From the IMG/VR virus record IMGVR_UViG_3300034418_003613, positions 1 through 64,000 of that record: DNA of 64,000 bases; one strand, written 5' to 3'. The notes below the pieces were generated by a model. The model did not search any database. It was not told the origin of the DNA and saw nothing but the letters and a program-made list of their open reading frames with translations. Source of the stretch: a virus. The stretch's first letter is position 1; every line of letters starts with the position of its first letter. Both the position numbers and the translations under genes were made by a program. This document shows, piece by piece, positions 36,401-45,700 of this stretch.

Positions 36401-37769
36401 TAACAGAAGAGGTGAACTTTTTGATTACAAAATAGAAACAGTACCTGTTGCAGATTATATGGTAAATAAGGGATTAATGAACCCAGATAATATAGTTAAT
36501 TTAGGTCGCCATAGAGGACTTGATCCGGCTAATCAACATAACCATTTATTATTTGATACTGATAAACCATCTGTTATTGTATCTGGCAATAGAGGTTTTG
36601 CTGGGTTAAGTGGTGGTAATACGTCTAGAATGCAAATGGGTAGGGTAGGCATTCCAAAACCTAATAGAAATGTCCCTTCTTATAATACAGAAATACTTCC
36701 TTTGCTGAAGCAAGAGTTTAATTTATCTAGGCCATTTGAAGGAACCTTTATGAAATTACCAAGGTCTAGAACAACTTATTATAACAGTAAAGGTGAAGCA
36801 TCTAAATATATTAATGATCGTCAATTAGATTCTGATATATTTTTTACAAGAAAAAATGGCGGCCCACTACCTAAAGCTCAAGAAGGGCAAGAAGTATATA
36901 AGGTCAAGTCAGGTGATACTTTTTTAGGCATTGCCAATAGATTGGAAATACCCAGAGAAGACTTTATAGAGGCTAACCCTGATATAAACATTGACAAGCT
37001 TTCGTTGGGTCAGAAGCTTAATATTCCTGTGAAGAAACCTTATGTACCAACTAATGATGTTATACCATCTGAGATGTTATGGAGGCAAGCTTTTGCAGAA
37101 TCTAACTGGGAGACTGATGTAGAAAATAAAGGAGGCTATAAAGGTTTGGGTCAGATTGGTGATGATGTTATTACAGATTACAAGAAGGCATTTAAAGTCA
37201 AAGAAGTAGATCCATTTGATCCAGTTCAGAATTCTACTATTCACAAGTGGTATATGAATAAACTATACAACAGTGAATGGATAAATAAACCTAATCAGGA
37301 TCCTAATGTGCGTTTAGCAAAAGCTCTTGCTGCTTACAACTGGGGACCGAAGACAGCTAGAAAGTGGTTTACTGATCAAAGGAAAGCCGGTGTTGATATC
37401 TATAATAGTTTTGATTGGCTAGAGGATTTACCTAGCGAGCCAAAGGGATACATAGATATGATCATCTTTAATAAGAATACTCCCACTAGGAAGTATGTTG
37501 AGGACTTGGCAAAGGCTATGACAGATACAACACTTACTAATCAGATTACTAATCTATATAAGAGAGCGGGAGGTGAGATGAATAAACTAGAGATGTATAA
37601 GGGTTACATCAATGGTGAGTTTGATGGTACAGATCTAGAACCAAAAGCTCAAAAAGTTTATGATAGAATGAATAGAGTTTACTATGCGCCAGCCAAGAAA
37701 GCAGGTATGTCTCCTCCTAATTTTATCATGACAAACATCATCCCACGGCAGCTTCAGACTGTTCTCTAG
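33483..37769 (+). CDS. modular virion cargo protein with peptidoglycan hydrolase domains (CHAP/NlpC-like, lysozyme-like, LysM, SLT) and a PT-TG-like module
   Basis: LysM YKVKSGDTFLGIA...ANPDI...LSLGQKLNIP; SLT AFAES/GLGQI/ALAAYNWG; a second lysozyme-like AMGES/GLTQL; PT-TG-like AGWFPVAGEYIDA...AAGFLLPFIPG. Confidence 0.75.
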   Translation: MKGKYEKSERRGLPGGPNEMFTYTTGIFSTQGYKRDSPDVDNPFNIIPSGDITMKGVDFPVLGTDNLGNSKMMTPGNDYKFPGDMVFELPMAKDGLALDPPSKEKEMVNLHDFLITEEDLEFLNSERCFGGNCLENTRKAFDATAGSISGVPYTANVWGKDDLDITSIKNTPTKQQVQDFPWMDGDRGVGAADSWDIQGNIVRAEGKTLYNRNKEGAKIESDDKEIDDPTGKFQPGQYPIGSIYSFGPKGRTDTPYGQRAKGFNIDYGLQPSHHSVMSVGVNEKGEIILYDAYLKKYDTEENIIKQIANSPLGYELETVGVPKSYASLTPQNIKLSDNFYRPRYFTEYQFDVDRLDEIRQDPKFRIKEDDKFRAPRLDKEAMQEFSQSLKDNKETMMEALRLTSDEYDDLANLSIALAMGESEGGGGLSVDWAGSTQGLTQLNFDNIKDDEVLSRQLAMFNESVRGPQKIKQLADLRDPAKSAIATLIYTNAGRRRSSKLYEEGLEPGVRNFYDNTGLKDLVRSSSSRINRSGVYLDELNDRVSFSDIPGWNEKNVKKITTSLNALTGTNRYQADIDDDGDVYIKMKTLGNDPNMSDAMKIGYWWQSPSSLKTGDAQGGNVHAKRIEGYYKAISEKTPEVSTDKLMASNTEIPEMQKAGELKAQDLVPRDPFSTLSPAQREAFNASTVAALKAEEERQLKEYMRRSPGGDLFPDQGLKPITYNEEVAGWFPVAGEYIDAKNTGEALMRGDYVDAGFNAAGFLLPFIPGSFLKKLATSPYTPKFSKPSLLKQYRSKFPAADIRGAGTGDYSNLGIDELGLRGDDFISLTNYERSAISQVNQAQAADDVFNTFVQRYADFNTDDALANQLADFSRKNPRTKFEMNLGKDATPSKRMQEIFDDPELNIHNVFSLESPGPTTVKNTYTGYYDKRFYDGSAHDPSGEWDKNLRSYGQQGFYATNVPTGKPVRQSLTHTNRRGELFDYKIETVPVADYMVNKGLMNPDNIVNLGRHRGLDPANQHNHLLFDTDKPSVIVSGNRGFAGLSGGNTSRMQMGRVGIPKPNRNVPSYNTEILPLLKQEFNLSRPFEGTFMKLPRSRTTYYNSKGEASKYINDRQLDSDIFFTRKNGGPLPKAQEGQEVYKVKSGDTFLGIANRLEIPREDFIEANPDINIDKLSLGQKLNIPVKKPYVPTNDVIPSEMLWRQAFAESNWETDVENKGGYKGLGQIGDDVITDYKKAFKVKEVDPFDPVQNSTIHKWYMNKLYNSEWINKPNQDPNVRLAKALAAYNWGPKTARKWFTDQRKAGVDIYNSFDWLEDLPSEPKGYIDMIIFNKNTPTRKYVEDLAKAMTDTTLTNQITNLYKRAGGEMNKLEMYKGYINGEFDGTDLEPKAQKVYDRMNRVYYAPAKKAGMSPPNFIMTNIIPRQLQTVL

Positions 37770-37790
37770 ATTAGATTTTTCCCTTAATTA

Positions 37791-37802
37791 TTTGTATATT
37801 AT
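37791..37802 (+). promoter_or_regulatory. phage promoter-like motif TTTGTATATTAT
   Basis: Exact copy in the 42-nt gap upstream of 37812. Confidence 0.65.
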
Positions 37803-37811
37803 AAGTGTATT

Positions 37812-40409
37812 ATGAAGAGAGCTCGTTTAAATAAAAAAGGTTTAGCTAAGTTCCAGAATGCGGGGGAGTTTAAGAAAGAGCTTAGACCAATCGGATCAAG
37901 AGAACCAAAGAAACCAATAACCCTTCAGGGTATGTCTGGTATGTCTTTGAAGGAACTAGACAAATTAAAAGAGGCTCATGGACTTCATAAGTCCAATCTT
38001 GCAAAAACAGAGGATTACAAAAAGTATGAAGATGATTGGAAGAACCTTCTAGAAAGACAGCAAGTTTTTGTTACTCGAATTGGGGATAAATATAGAAGAC
38101 CTTCTTTTAATCTTAATTATGATACGCTTGGTTTACATTATGATCACGAGTTATTTAATGAAATATCCCCTGAAGATAGCGCGGAGTTACAATCTCTTCT
38201 TGACGAGGAAATGGACTTTTCTAGTCCAGAGAATTTAGAGATGTGGGAAGAGATGGATTGGAGAGATTGGCATAGTGATGAAATAAGACATGCTTATAGT
38301 TCTGCTGCTACAGCAGATAAAGTTAGTGACGCGCTAAGTAAGATACCGGGTTATGGAGGAGTTCTGGAATATACTGGTATGAATGATGTTTTAGGTTTTT
38401 TAGCTTCAAACCTTTTAGGTGCTGGTCATGAAGCTGCTTTTTTTAAGGACCAGATGTCTGAGGAAGAAGATAAGTATGACTATGTTAGGTCGGGTATGAA
38501 CTCTGCTGAAGACATGTGGAATAATTTATTGGGTGCTTACATAGGAGCTACATCAGATAGTGAAGAAGAGATGGAACAAAAGATTAGATCTTATATAAAT
38601 AAAGGTATAACAGCTACAGGGGGAATAGAACCAGCACAAGATCCTAATACTCTTGGTATCAAGAAAGCTTTAAAAAACTGGGTAACCAACAATTCTTCAG
38701 ATCTAGAGCCAGCGTTTGAAGAATATCAAAAAGGAGGTAACTGGCCTGATAATAAATTTATGACCTTGGTTGATCCTAAAGGTAGAAAATCAAAAAGTCC
38801 AAGAGATCCTTCACTTCGCATTGGAGCACAAACACTTGCACCAGTAATGCGGAAGACTGATGATGATATCAGAACTGCCTATGGGTTTACAGTTAATCCA
38901 GCTTTGTACTCTTATGTTTTTGACAGAGACCGCAATTCTGAATTAAGGGGTACTCTTAGAAATGAAATATTCTGGTATCAAAGCCCTATAGAAAAAGATG
39001 CATATAATCAAGATATACTTCAGGGTGGTTTAGGAGCCATGGCTGATATCGACTACACAACCTTACTTCAAAAGCGTAACATGAGAAACATGGCCATTGA
39101 TCTTGGTCTTGATGCTGGGTTAGGTGTAGGAACTATGGAAGTAGGCCCCATGTATGAGTATGATAAGGATAATGCTGGCCAGGCTTTACCTTATGGATAT
39201 CTTACAGGGAAGGCGGGTTTAAGAGATCGTAGAAGCGGACTTCAAGGTAATATATTTGCCGGGTATGGAACTCCCAGATCTCCAGAGGCAGGATTTAGAA
39301 TAGGAGCGGAAGGGAGTATTCCTCTTATTACAAACAAGAGAGGATTGAAGATTACTGGTCATCCTTCTGCTAGTTATGACTTTATATCTGGTACTCCGAG
39401 GTTTGGGTTTAGTATTGGGTTCAATTCTCCTTCTAGAAGGCAGCAAGGTGGTTCAACGTCTACAGCTCAAGGTAGTAGTTTGGCGGAGGATGTTATAGGT
39501 CAGATTCGGCTGGGAGTCTCTGCTGTAAAAGTTTATAAAGATCTTTTAAGGCAGATGATACCTGTTGATGAGATTGATAATGCTTTTACTCAAGCCGGAT
39601 ATGATCAGAATACTATTACTCAGCTTCAGCGTCAGGCTAGTAAAAGTATTACAGATGACATGGTAGATACGTCTATAGCGGAAAGAGGAATCAGACAAGC
39701 TAAATCTGGTAAAGAGCTTTTAAATAAACGTAAGAGACTTCCTAAATATCAAGACCTTGGAGAGTTTCCCGATCCTACTGGAAAGTTTGAAGCAGAATAT
39801 GATCAGATGAATGTGGAAGGAGAGGAGATGGATAATATGAATTATGAACCTCCAGTTACACCATCTACAGCATCTACAGCTAGCGGAAGTGTGGATGTTA
39901 ATATTCCTGCGTCTAGTGTAGCTTCAGTAGAAACGGCAGATGCTACACCTGAGAATGAAGCAAGGATGCTTAAGGAGATGGAGGAGTTTAGAAATATTGG
40001 TGCTGAATCAGGTGGTCTTAGAGGTTTTGTGGGTAAGGTTGGGGACTTTGTAAAGTCTGAAGGCTTTCAAAACTTTTTAGATGGCTATGGCACTGTTGGT
40101 AACGTAGGTGTTGGCTTAGCAAGTATGACAAATAAGTTTCTTAGAGATAGAGATGCTAGAGATGTAAAAAATCAGAGAAGGCAAATGACACCAGCTGATA
40201 TGATGTATTCTATGTATGAAGAAAGAGACGGCGACAGAGGTGATGTTGATGTACGTTCAGGTATATATCAGCCGGATAATTTAGTTGCTGCAATGGGTAT
40301 GGAGATGCCTTCTATGATGCCGCCTGTTATTCAGGAACAGATTGTAGATTTAGATACTGAAACTATTACAAGATTGATATCTGCTGGTGCGGATATAGAA
40401 ATGTTATAA
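37812..40409 (+). CDS. modular cargo protein with DUF6973-like and beta-barrel-like domains
   Basis: RHAY...GHE...DMWNN..G motif; amphipathic beta-strand region ending FGFSIGF; repeated linker motifs. Confidence 0.6.
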   Translation: MKRARLNKKGLAKFQNAGEFKKELRPIGSREPKKPITLQGMSGMSLKELDKLKEAHGLHKSNLAKTEDYKKYEDDWKNLLERQQVFVTRIGDKYRRPSFNLNYDTLGLHYDHELFNEISPEDSAELQSLLDEEMDFSSPENLEMWEEMDWRDWHSDEIRHAYSSAATADKVSDALSKIPGYGGVLEYTGMNDVLGFLASNLLGAGHEAAFFKDQMSEEEDKYDYVRSGMNSAEDMWNNLLGAYIGATSDSEEEMEQKIRSYINKGITATGGIEPAQDPNTLGIKKALKNWVTNNSSDLEPAFEEYQKGGNWPDNKFMTLVDPKGRKSKSPRDPSLRIGAQTLAPVMRKTDDDIRTAYGFTVNPALYSYVFDRDRNSELRGTLRNEIFWYQSPIEKDAYNQDILQGGLGAMADIDYTTLLQKRNMRNMAIDLGLDAGLGVGTMEVGPMYEYDKDNAGQALPYGYLTGKAGLRDRRSGLQGNIFAGYGTPRSPEAGFRIGAEGSIPLITNKRGLKITGHPSASYDFISGTPRFGFSIGFNSPSRRQQGGSTSTAQGSSLAEDVIGQIRLGVSAVKVYKDLLRQMIPVDEIDNAFTQAGYDQNTITQLQRQASKSITDDMVDTSIAERGIRQAKSGKELLNKRKRLPKYQDLGEFPDPTGKFEAEYDQMNVEGEEMDNMNYEPPVTPSTASTASGSVDVNIPASSVASVETADATPENEARMLKEMEEFRNIGAESGGLRGFVGKVGDFVKSEGFQNFLDGYGTVGNVGVGLASMTNKFLRDRDARDVKNQRRQMTPADMMYSMYEERDGDRGDVDVRSGIYQPDNLVAAMGMEMPSMMPPVIQEQIVDLDTETITRLISAGADIEML

Positions 40410-40411
40410 AC

Positions 40412-42745
40412 ATGGCAAAAGTTAAAATAAATAAACTACCTCCTGGGTTTGCTCTTGAAGATGGAAAGATTGTAGAGCGAATGGAAGAGGGCGGTTCTAC
40501 AGGAGATCAGTCTGGTTACAGCATGGTCAAGTATCCGACTAGCGTAACATCTGAGCAGATGAGTGATAAAGAAAGCTCTGATGTAAGATACAGTCTGTCT
40601 TCTGTACCCAGAGAAATGGCTAATCTAGAAGCCGAGGGTGGAGAGACTGTATTAACAGACTTGAATAATGATGGCAACTTTGGTCTATATGATATTAAGG
40701 GGCCAAGACATAGCCAAGGTGGTGTGCCTATGTTTTTACCAGAACAATCCTTTGTTTACTCTGATACAAAGGAGATGAAGATGAAGGGTAGTGAACTTGC
40801 TGAGTTTGGTATTGAGAGTAAGAAATCTATTACACCTGCTGATATATCTCGCAGATATCAGTTGAATAAATTTTATGGTGCTATTGATGATGAGTTTGCT
40901 GATGAGATGCAAGTGAAATCAGCAGAGCTTATGCTGGATAAAAACAAGATGGGATTGTCTAAGCTAGCTTTTAATCAGGAAATGAAGAAGCAGTTTGAAG
41001 ATGGCGTTCCGTTGGCATCACATCCCTACCTATTATCAATAGGGGAAGACCCTATTGCGTTCACAGCTAGAGTAGAAGATATGAATGAACAGCAAGCCAT
41101 GATGAAGGTGTTTGATGCTTTACCTCCTGAGCAGCAGCAACAAGTTTTAGCTCTTCAAGAGTTTATGGCACAGGCACAACAAATGCCACAACAAGGGCAA
41201 CCACAAATGCAGGTTGATCAGCCAGCAATGCCTGTTGCAAGAGATGGTATGGAGATACTTCCAGAGTTTCAGAGGGGCAAAGAGTTTAGTGTTTATGATC
41301 CTGGTTTTGCAGAGAATCTTAAAGCATTAGGTTATGATATAGACCTTTCTAGTGTTCCTGCTACTGATTATAGTAGAGTTCAAGGAGCTGTTTCAAATGC
41401 TCAAGGAAGTCTTTTTGGAGGTGCGAAAGAAAATCTTCCCGGTTTCTATCAAGAATGGGAAGGTCTATATCCAGGACTAGACAAGTTGAAAGAAGCTGTG
41501 GCTAAAGCAGGCGAAGGAGAAACTGTTCCAGAAGTAGGTGACTTCCAAAACTGGGTTAATGATGTATACATTGCTGAACAAGCTAAAGCCGCAGCACCTA
41601 ATGATCCTGCTAAGCAGAAGCAGTTAGAAAATCTCTTGCGTAGAGACTATGGTTTTAGCGGTACTACTGGTAAGAAGGTTGACTCAAAGATGGGTACAAA
41701 TACTTCAGCCATGAGACCTTTGTCTATTACAGCAACCCCTCAAGGTACAGGTCAAACAGAGCAAACAGGGAAAAAGACTGAGACAAAAAAATTAGAATCT
41801 GGTGATGTCTCTGATCCTAAACCACTACCTAAACCATCTTTTTGGTTGCAGGATCTTGCAAAGATGTCTGCAATGGCCAGAAGAAAAAGAAATCTTTATT
41901 TACCATATCAACCAGAAGCCGAAGATCTGGATATTGATTATGTATTAGAAGATCCTACTAGGGCTGTTGCTGCTATTGCTGAGCAAGCTAACATTATCAA
42001 CACTGCTAACAACATGTATGCAGGTGCTCAGGCTGGAAGTGCAAAAGCTGCTTCCACAGCGGGTAAGTCCATGAAGGCTGCTGCTGATGCTGTTGCTGCA
42101 GTTCAAGCTAGGAATGTAAATACAATCAATAGAGGTGAGTATCAGAATGCGATGCTTGATGCTACTATCAATCGCGAGAACAGAGACAGGAATGTCAAGG
42201 AGTTTGATGATACAACCATTGCATTACAACGTTATGATGACGAGCGTAACTTTGATAGGGAGCAGTTAGCAGATGCTTATTCAAATGCTATGACTAACAT
42301 GGCTAATACTTATAACATGAATCTAATGCAGGATTATTTTCAGATTGATCCTAGCACAGGTGGTATGATTGGTCAGGTTAGTGGTAGAGCTTTTGAAGCT
42401 ACAAAACCTCAAGATAGAGTGGAGGATTATTTGAATTTGGCGGCAAGATTAAAAAAAGAAGGGGTTACGCCTACTGCAGATCTTATTGCGCAGTTATTAC
42501 CTCAGGAGTCTGGTATGCCTATGACTAACATTCAGGCTGAGTATGCCAGACAACAACCAAATCTGCAGTATAACCAATACGGAGCTCAAGGATTTCCTGG
42601 GACTATGTATCCTGGAATGTACGGTGAAAATCCTTATGGGTATTATAACCAAACAATGCCCTATCCAAGAATGGAAGAAGGTGGGGAGAAGAAAAAATTA
42701 AAGAAATTTGCAACTCCCTTCTATACTGGAAAGACTGGAGTTTAA
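40412..42745 (+). CDS. putative ejected/cargo virion protein
   Basis: ANLEAEGGET...GPRHSQGGV...FVYSD N-terminal domain, Q/A/N-rich helical remainder and linker motifs; located upstream of the RNAP. Confidence 0.6.
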   Translation: MAKVKINKLPPGFALEDGKIVERMEEGGSTGDQSGYSMVKYPTSVTSEQMSDKESSDVRYSLSSVPREMANLEAEGGETVLTDLNNDGNFGLYDIKGPRHSQGGVPMFLPEQSFVYSDTKEMKMKGSELAEFGIESKKSITPADISRRYQLNKFYGAIDDEFADEMQVKSAELMLDKNKMGLSKLAFNQEMKKQFEDGVPLASHPYLLSIGEDPIAFTARVEDMNEQQAMMKVFDALPPEQQQQVLALQEFMAQAQQMPQQGQPQMQVDQPAMPVARDGMEILPEFQRGKEFSVYDPGFAENLKALGYDIDLSSVPATDYSRVQGAVSNAQGSLFGGAKENLPGFYQEWEGLYPGLDKLKEAVAKAGEGETVPEVGDFQNWVNDVYIAEQAKAAAPNDPAKQKQLENLLRRDYGFSGTTGKKVDSKMGTNTSAMRPLSITATPQGTGQTEQTGKKTETKKLESGDVSDPKPLPKPSFWLQDLAKMSAMARRKRNLYLPYQPEAEDLDIDYVLEDPTRAVAAIAEQANIINTANNMYAGAQAGSAKAASTAGKSMKAAADAVAAVQARNVNTINRGEYQNAMLDATINRENRDRNVKEFDDTTIALQRYDDERNFDREQLADAYSNAMTNMANTYNMNLMQDYFQIDPSTGGMIGQVSGRAFEATKPQDRVEDYLNLAARLKKEGVTPTADLIAQLLPQESGMPMTNIQAEYARQQPNLQYNQYGAQGFPGTMYPGMYGENPYGYYNQTMPYPRMEEGGEKKKLKKFATPFYTGKTGV

Positions 42746-42758
42746 AATTTAAAATATT

Positions 42759-45700
42759 ATGGCAACATATATACCTGGTGTAGAATCATATCTGCCGGAG
42801 TTCAAACCGTTTACTCCTGACTATAAGTTTTTGTCTGATGTTTTAGATACTAAAACCACTAGATACAACACCAACTACAAGCAGCTTAATGATCTTTATA
42901 GTAAAGTTGTGTATGCTCCTTTATCTAGAGAGGATACACAATCTATGAGGGCTCAGTATACTGATGGTCTTTCTCAAAAACTTCAGAAGATCTCAGGTAT
43001 GGATTTATCATTAATGCAGAATGTAGATGCTGCTAAAGGTGTATTCAAACCTTTCTTTGAAGAAGATACTATTGTGAAGGATATGGTCATGACCAAGACA
43101 TATCAAGATGAGAGAGCCTTTGCCAATAGACTTAAGAATGATCCTGATAAGGAAAGATACTCAATGTATAATCCGGATCATGTAAGAGCAATGGATTATA
43201 GAATGCAAGATTTTATAGACGCTGATCCGGAATCTGCATTAAGTGCTCCACTACCCCAGTATGTTCCTGATGTAGATCTATATAATATGGGTATTGACCT
43301 GTTAAAGGAACAGGGTTTTGAAGTAACTAAAGATATTCTAAGCCCTGGTGGTCAATTTATTGTTAGACAAACTAATGGAAATCTTGTAACAGCTGAAGCC
43401 TTAGAGTTTCTTCAAAGATCTTTTGTTGATGATCCTAGGGTTCAAGAGGCTTACTATACAAAGAGTTTTGTAGAGGGTAGAGATAAAGCCGCACAGTTTA
43501 TGGAGCAGGGTGTTGTTAGCTCTGTAGAAGATGGACAGCGTATGTGGGCTAACGAAACCATTGATTACTTTACAAGGTTAGCAGCTGAAAGAGCAGCAGA
43601 GCAAAAGCAAGAGCTGAGCGAGAAGACACATAGTGTTACGAGTTGGGATATCTTTAAGAAGAAGTATGGTATTGTAGAAGGTTCCGAGCAGGCTAAGATG
43701 ATGGAAGAAAAGTTTAGTGAGTATCAAGCTTTAAGTCAGAGTTTACAGACTACTAACAATATTATTTCCGAAGGGCTTGTTGATGGGCAAGGTGAACCTA
43801 CCCAGACTCTCCTTAATAGAGCATACAACATGACGATGCAGTATAACCTTAAAGAGGACCTGATTGCATCAGCAAGACAGTACGCTAAGATGACGGAGTC
43901 TACACAAATTACAGGAGAGAATCCAGATTATACTAGAGACCAACAGCATAAGTATGATCTGATGATGGAAGCTATAAAGCAATCTAATAGAGAAAGGCTA
44001 GCTCAAATGGAAGCAATGCTTGAAGGTGGAGGAGCAGCCAGAGGATTTTTAGATGATGCTTTAGCAACTCCTGTTGGAGGAGCTGCTACATTGACTGTTG
44101 CTGCAGGCAAAGATGGTAAAGTATTCGATGTGCTTGCTACTAATAATCAAAAAATTGCAGAGGCTAACAATGAACTTATTGGTGGTAAAATAGGCGCAGT
44201 TCTTGCGGCTTTACCATATTTTCAACCTGATGTAAATCGTAATAATTCTTATACTATTACTTTAGGTGGGGAAGAAGTTAGCGGATCTCTTGATCAACTA
44301 ACGAAGAGATTGAGCAAAGTAAATTCGGAGGACAATACTTATGTCTATGAAGAGGACATTAATAAAATGTATTCAGAATACAATGCCTATCTGAATCCGC
44401 AACCTAATAGTACTGGAATAACTTTGTCTGATGAGGATGCAGCAAAAAAAATATCACAGGACTATCCTTCCATAGTTGGAGATGTATATAAAAACTTAAA
44501 GACCCGTTATACAGCAGTTAATAAACGTCAGAGTCGAGTTAACTCTGTTATGGTTGAAAACGGGAATCACCTTAAAGAGCAGTATGATAGAATTGTTCAA
44601 TTAATCAAAACGCAAAAAAGCGGACAGGTGATGGAGCCAAAATATCAGGATGTTTTAAAAGCTATAAATAAAGGTGGTTTAGACTTTGAGATTATGGTGC
44701 CTGCCGGAGATTCTTATAGAATGCTTAGTAAGCAGGAATTTGTAGAGAGATATGTTGAAGGCGCAAGAGCTGGTAAATATGAAGCTATTCAAGGTTGGTG
44801 GTCTAGAAATACAGTTCTTGGGCAAAAGTCACATTATAATAAGAACTATCTAAAAAATGTTAATTATAGAGCTCCTTTGGATTTAACTCCTCCTCCAAAC
44901 AGATTTGTATTTGCGGAGGATGAAGCCATGAAGGATGCATCAGAATTGTACGATATCATGTACAATATGCTTAACAATACTCAGAATGGTAAGTATACTG
45001 GAGAGGCTGAGCAGATTAAAGATTTTAGAGAAGATGGTAAGGATATAAATACTGACGTACGTGATCAAAGGTTTTTTACCACATATAATGCTGGTTCTGG
45101 TTTGATGGGAAGACCTCAAACAGGTACTGTTGAAGATCTTGTTATGTATCCTGGACAGCGGTATATTATTAATCCTAGTACAATAGGGTCTTATGATAGT
45201 GAGTTATTACGGCAGGAACTTTCGTATGCTGCTAGACAAATAACTAGTGCTGGTGATCAAGGTATAACAATACAACCTGGAGATATGCAGGATGAAGATT
45301 CTAACTTTGATGCACCTTCAGATTCTGTAGCTGAACAGATAATTAATGCATTTTTAAGAGATCTCAATGCGTATAGTATTACTCCAAAAGCTCAGAAAGG
45401 TACACCTCCTTCAGCTACTTTTACATACTACCCTGTATATGGAAACCCAGAAGATCTTGAGAAGGAACACGCAGCTTACGTATTTGAAATTGACGACCAG
45501 TGGATTAGAGAAAACACAGGTTTACTTTCTACAGGTGGTCAAAAGGATAGACCTATCAGCGCTTTTGAGTTAGCAAAGTATCGTACTATAACAGTAGGCT
45601 TTAGAAAAGAGAATGACATAAATCCAGCTAGAGAAGGTCAGTTTAATTTTTCTGATGTAATATCAGATATTAATTATAATGATAATCATCAGTATTATAA

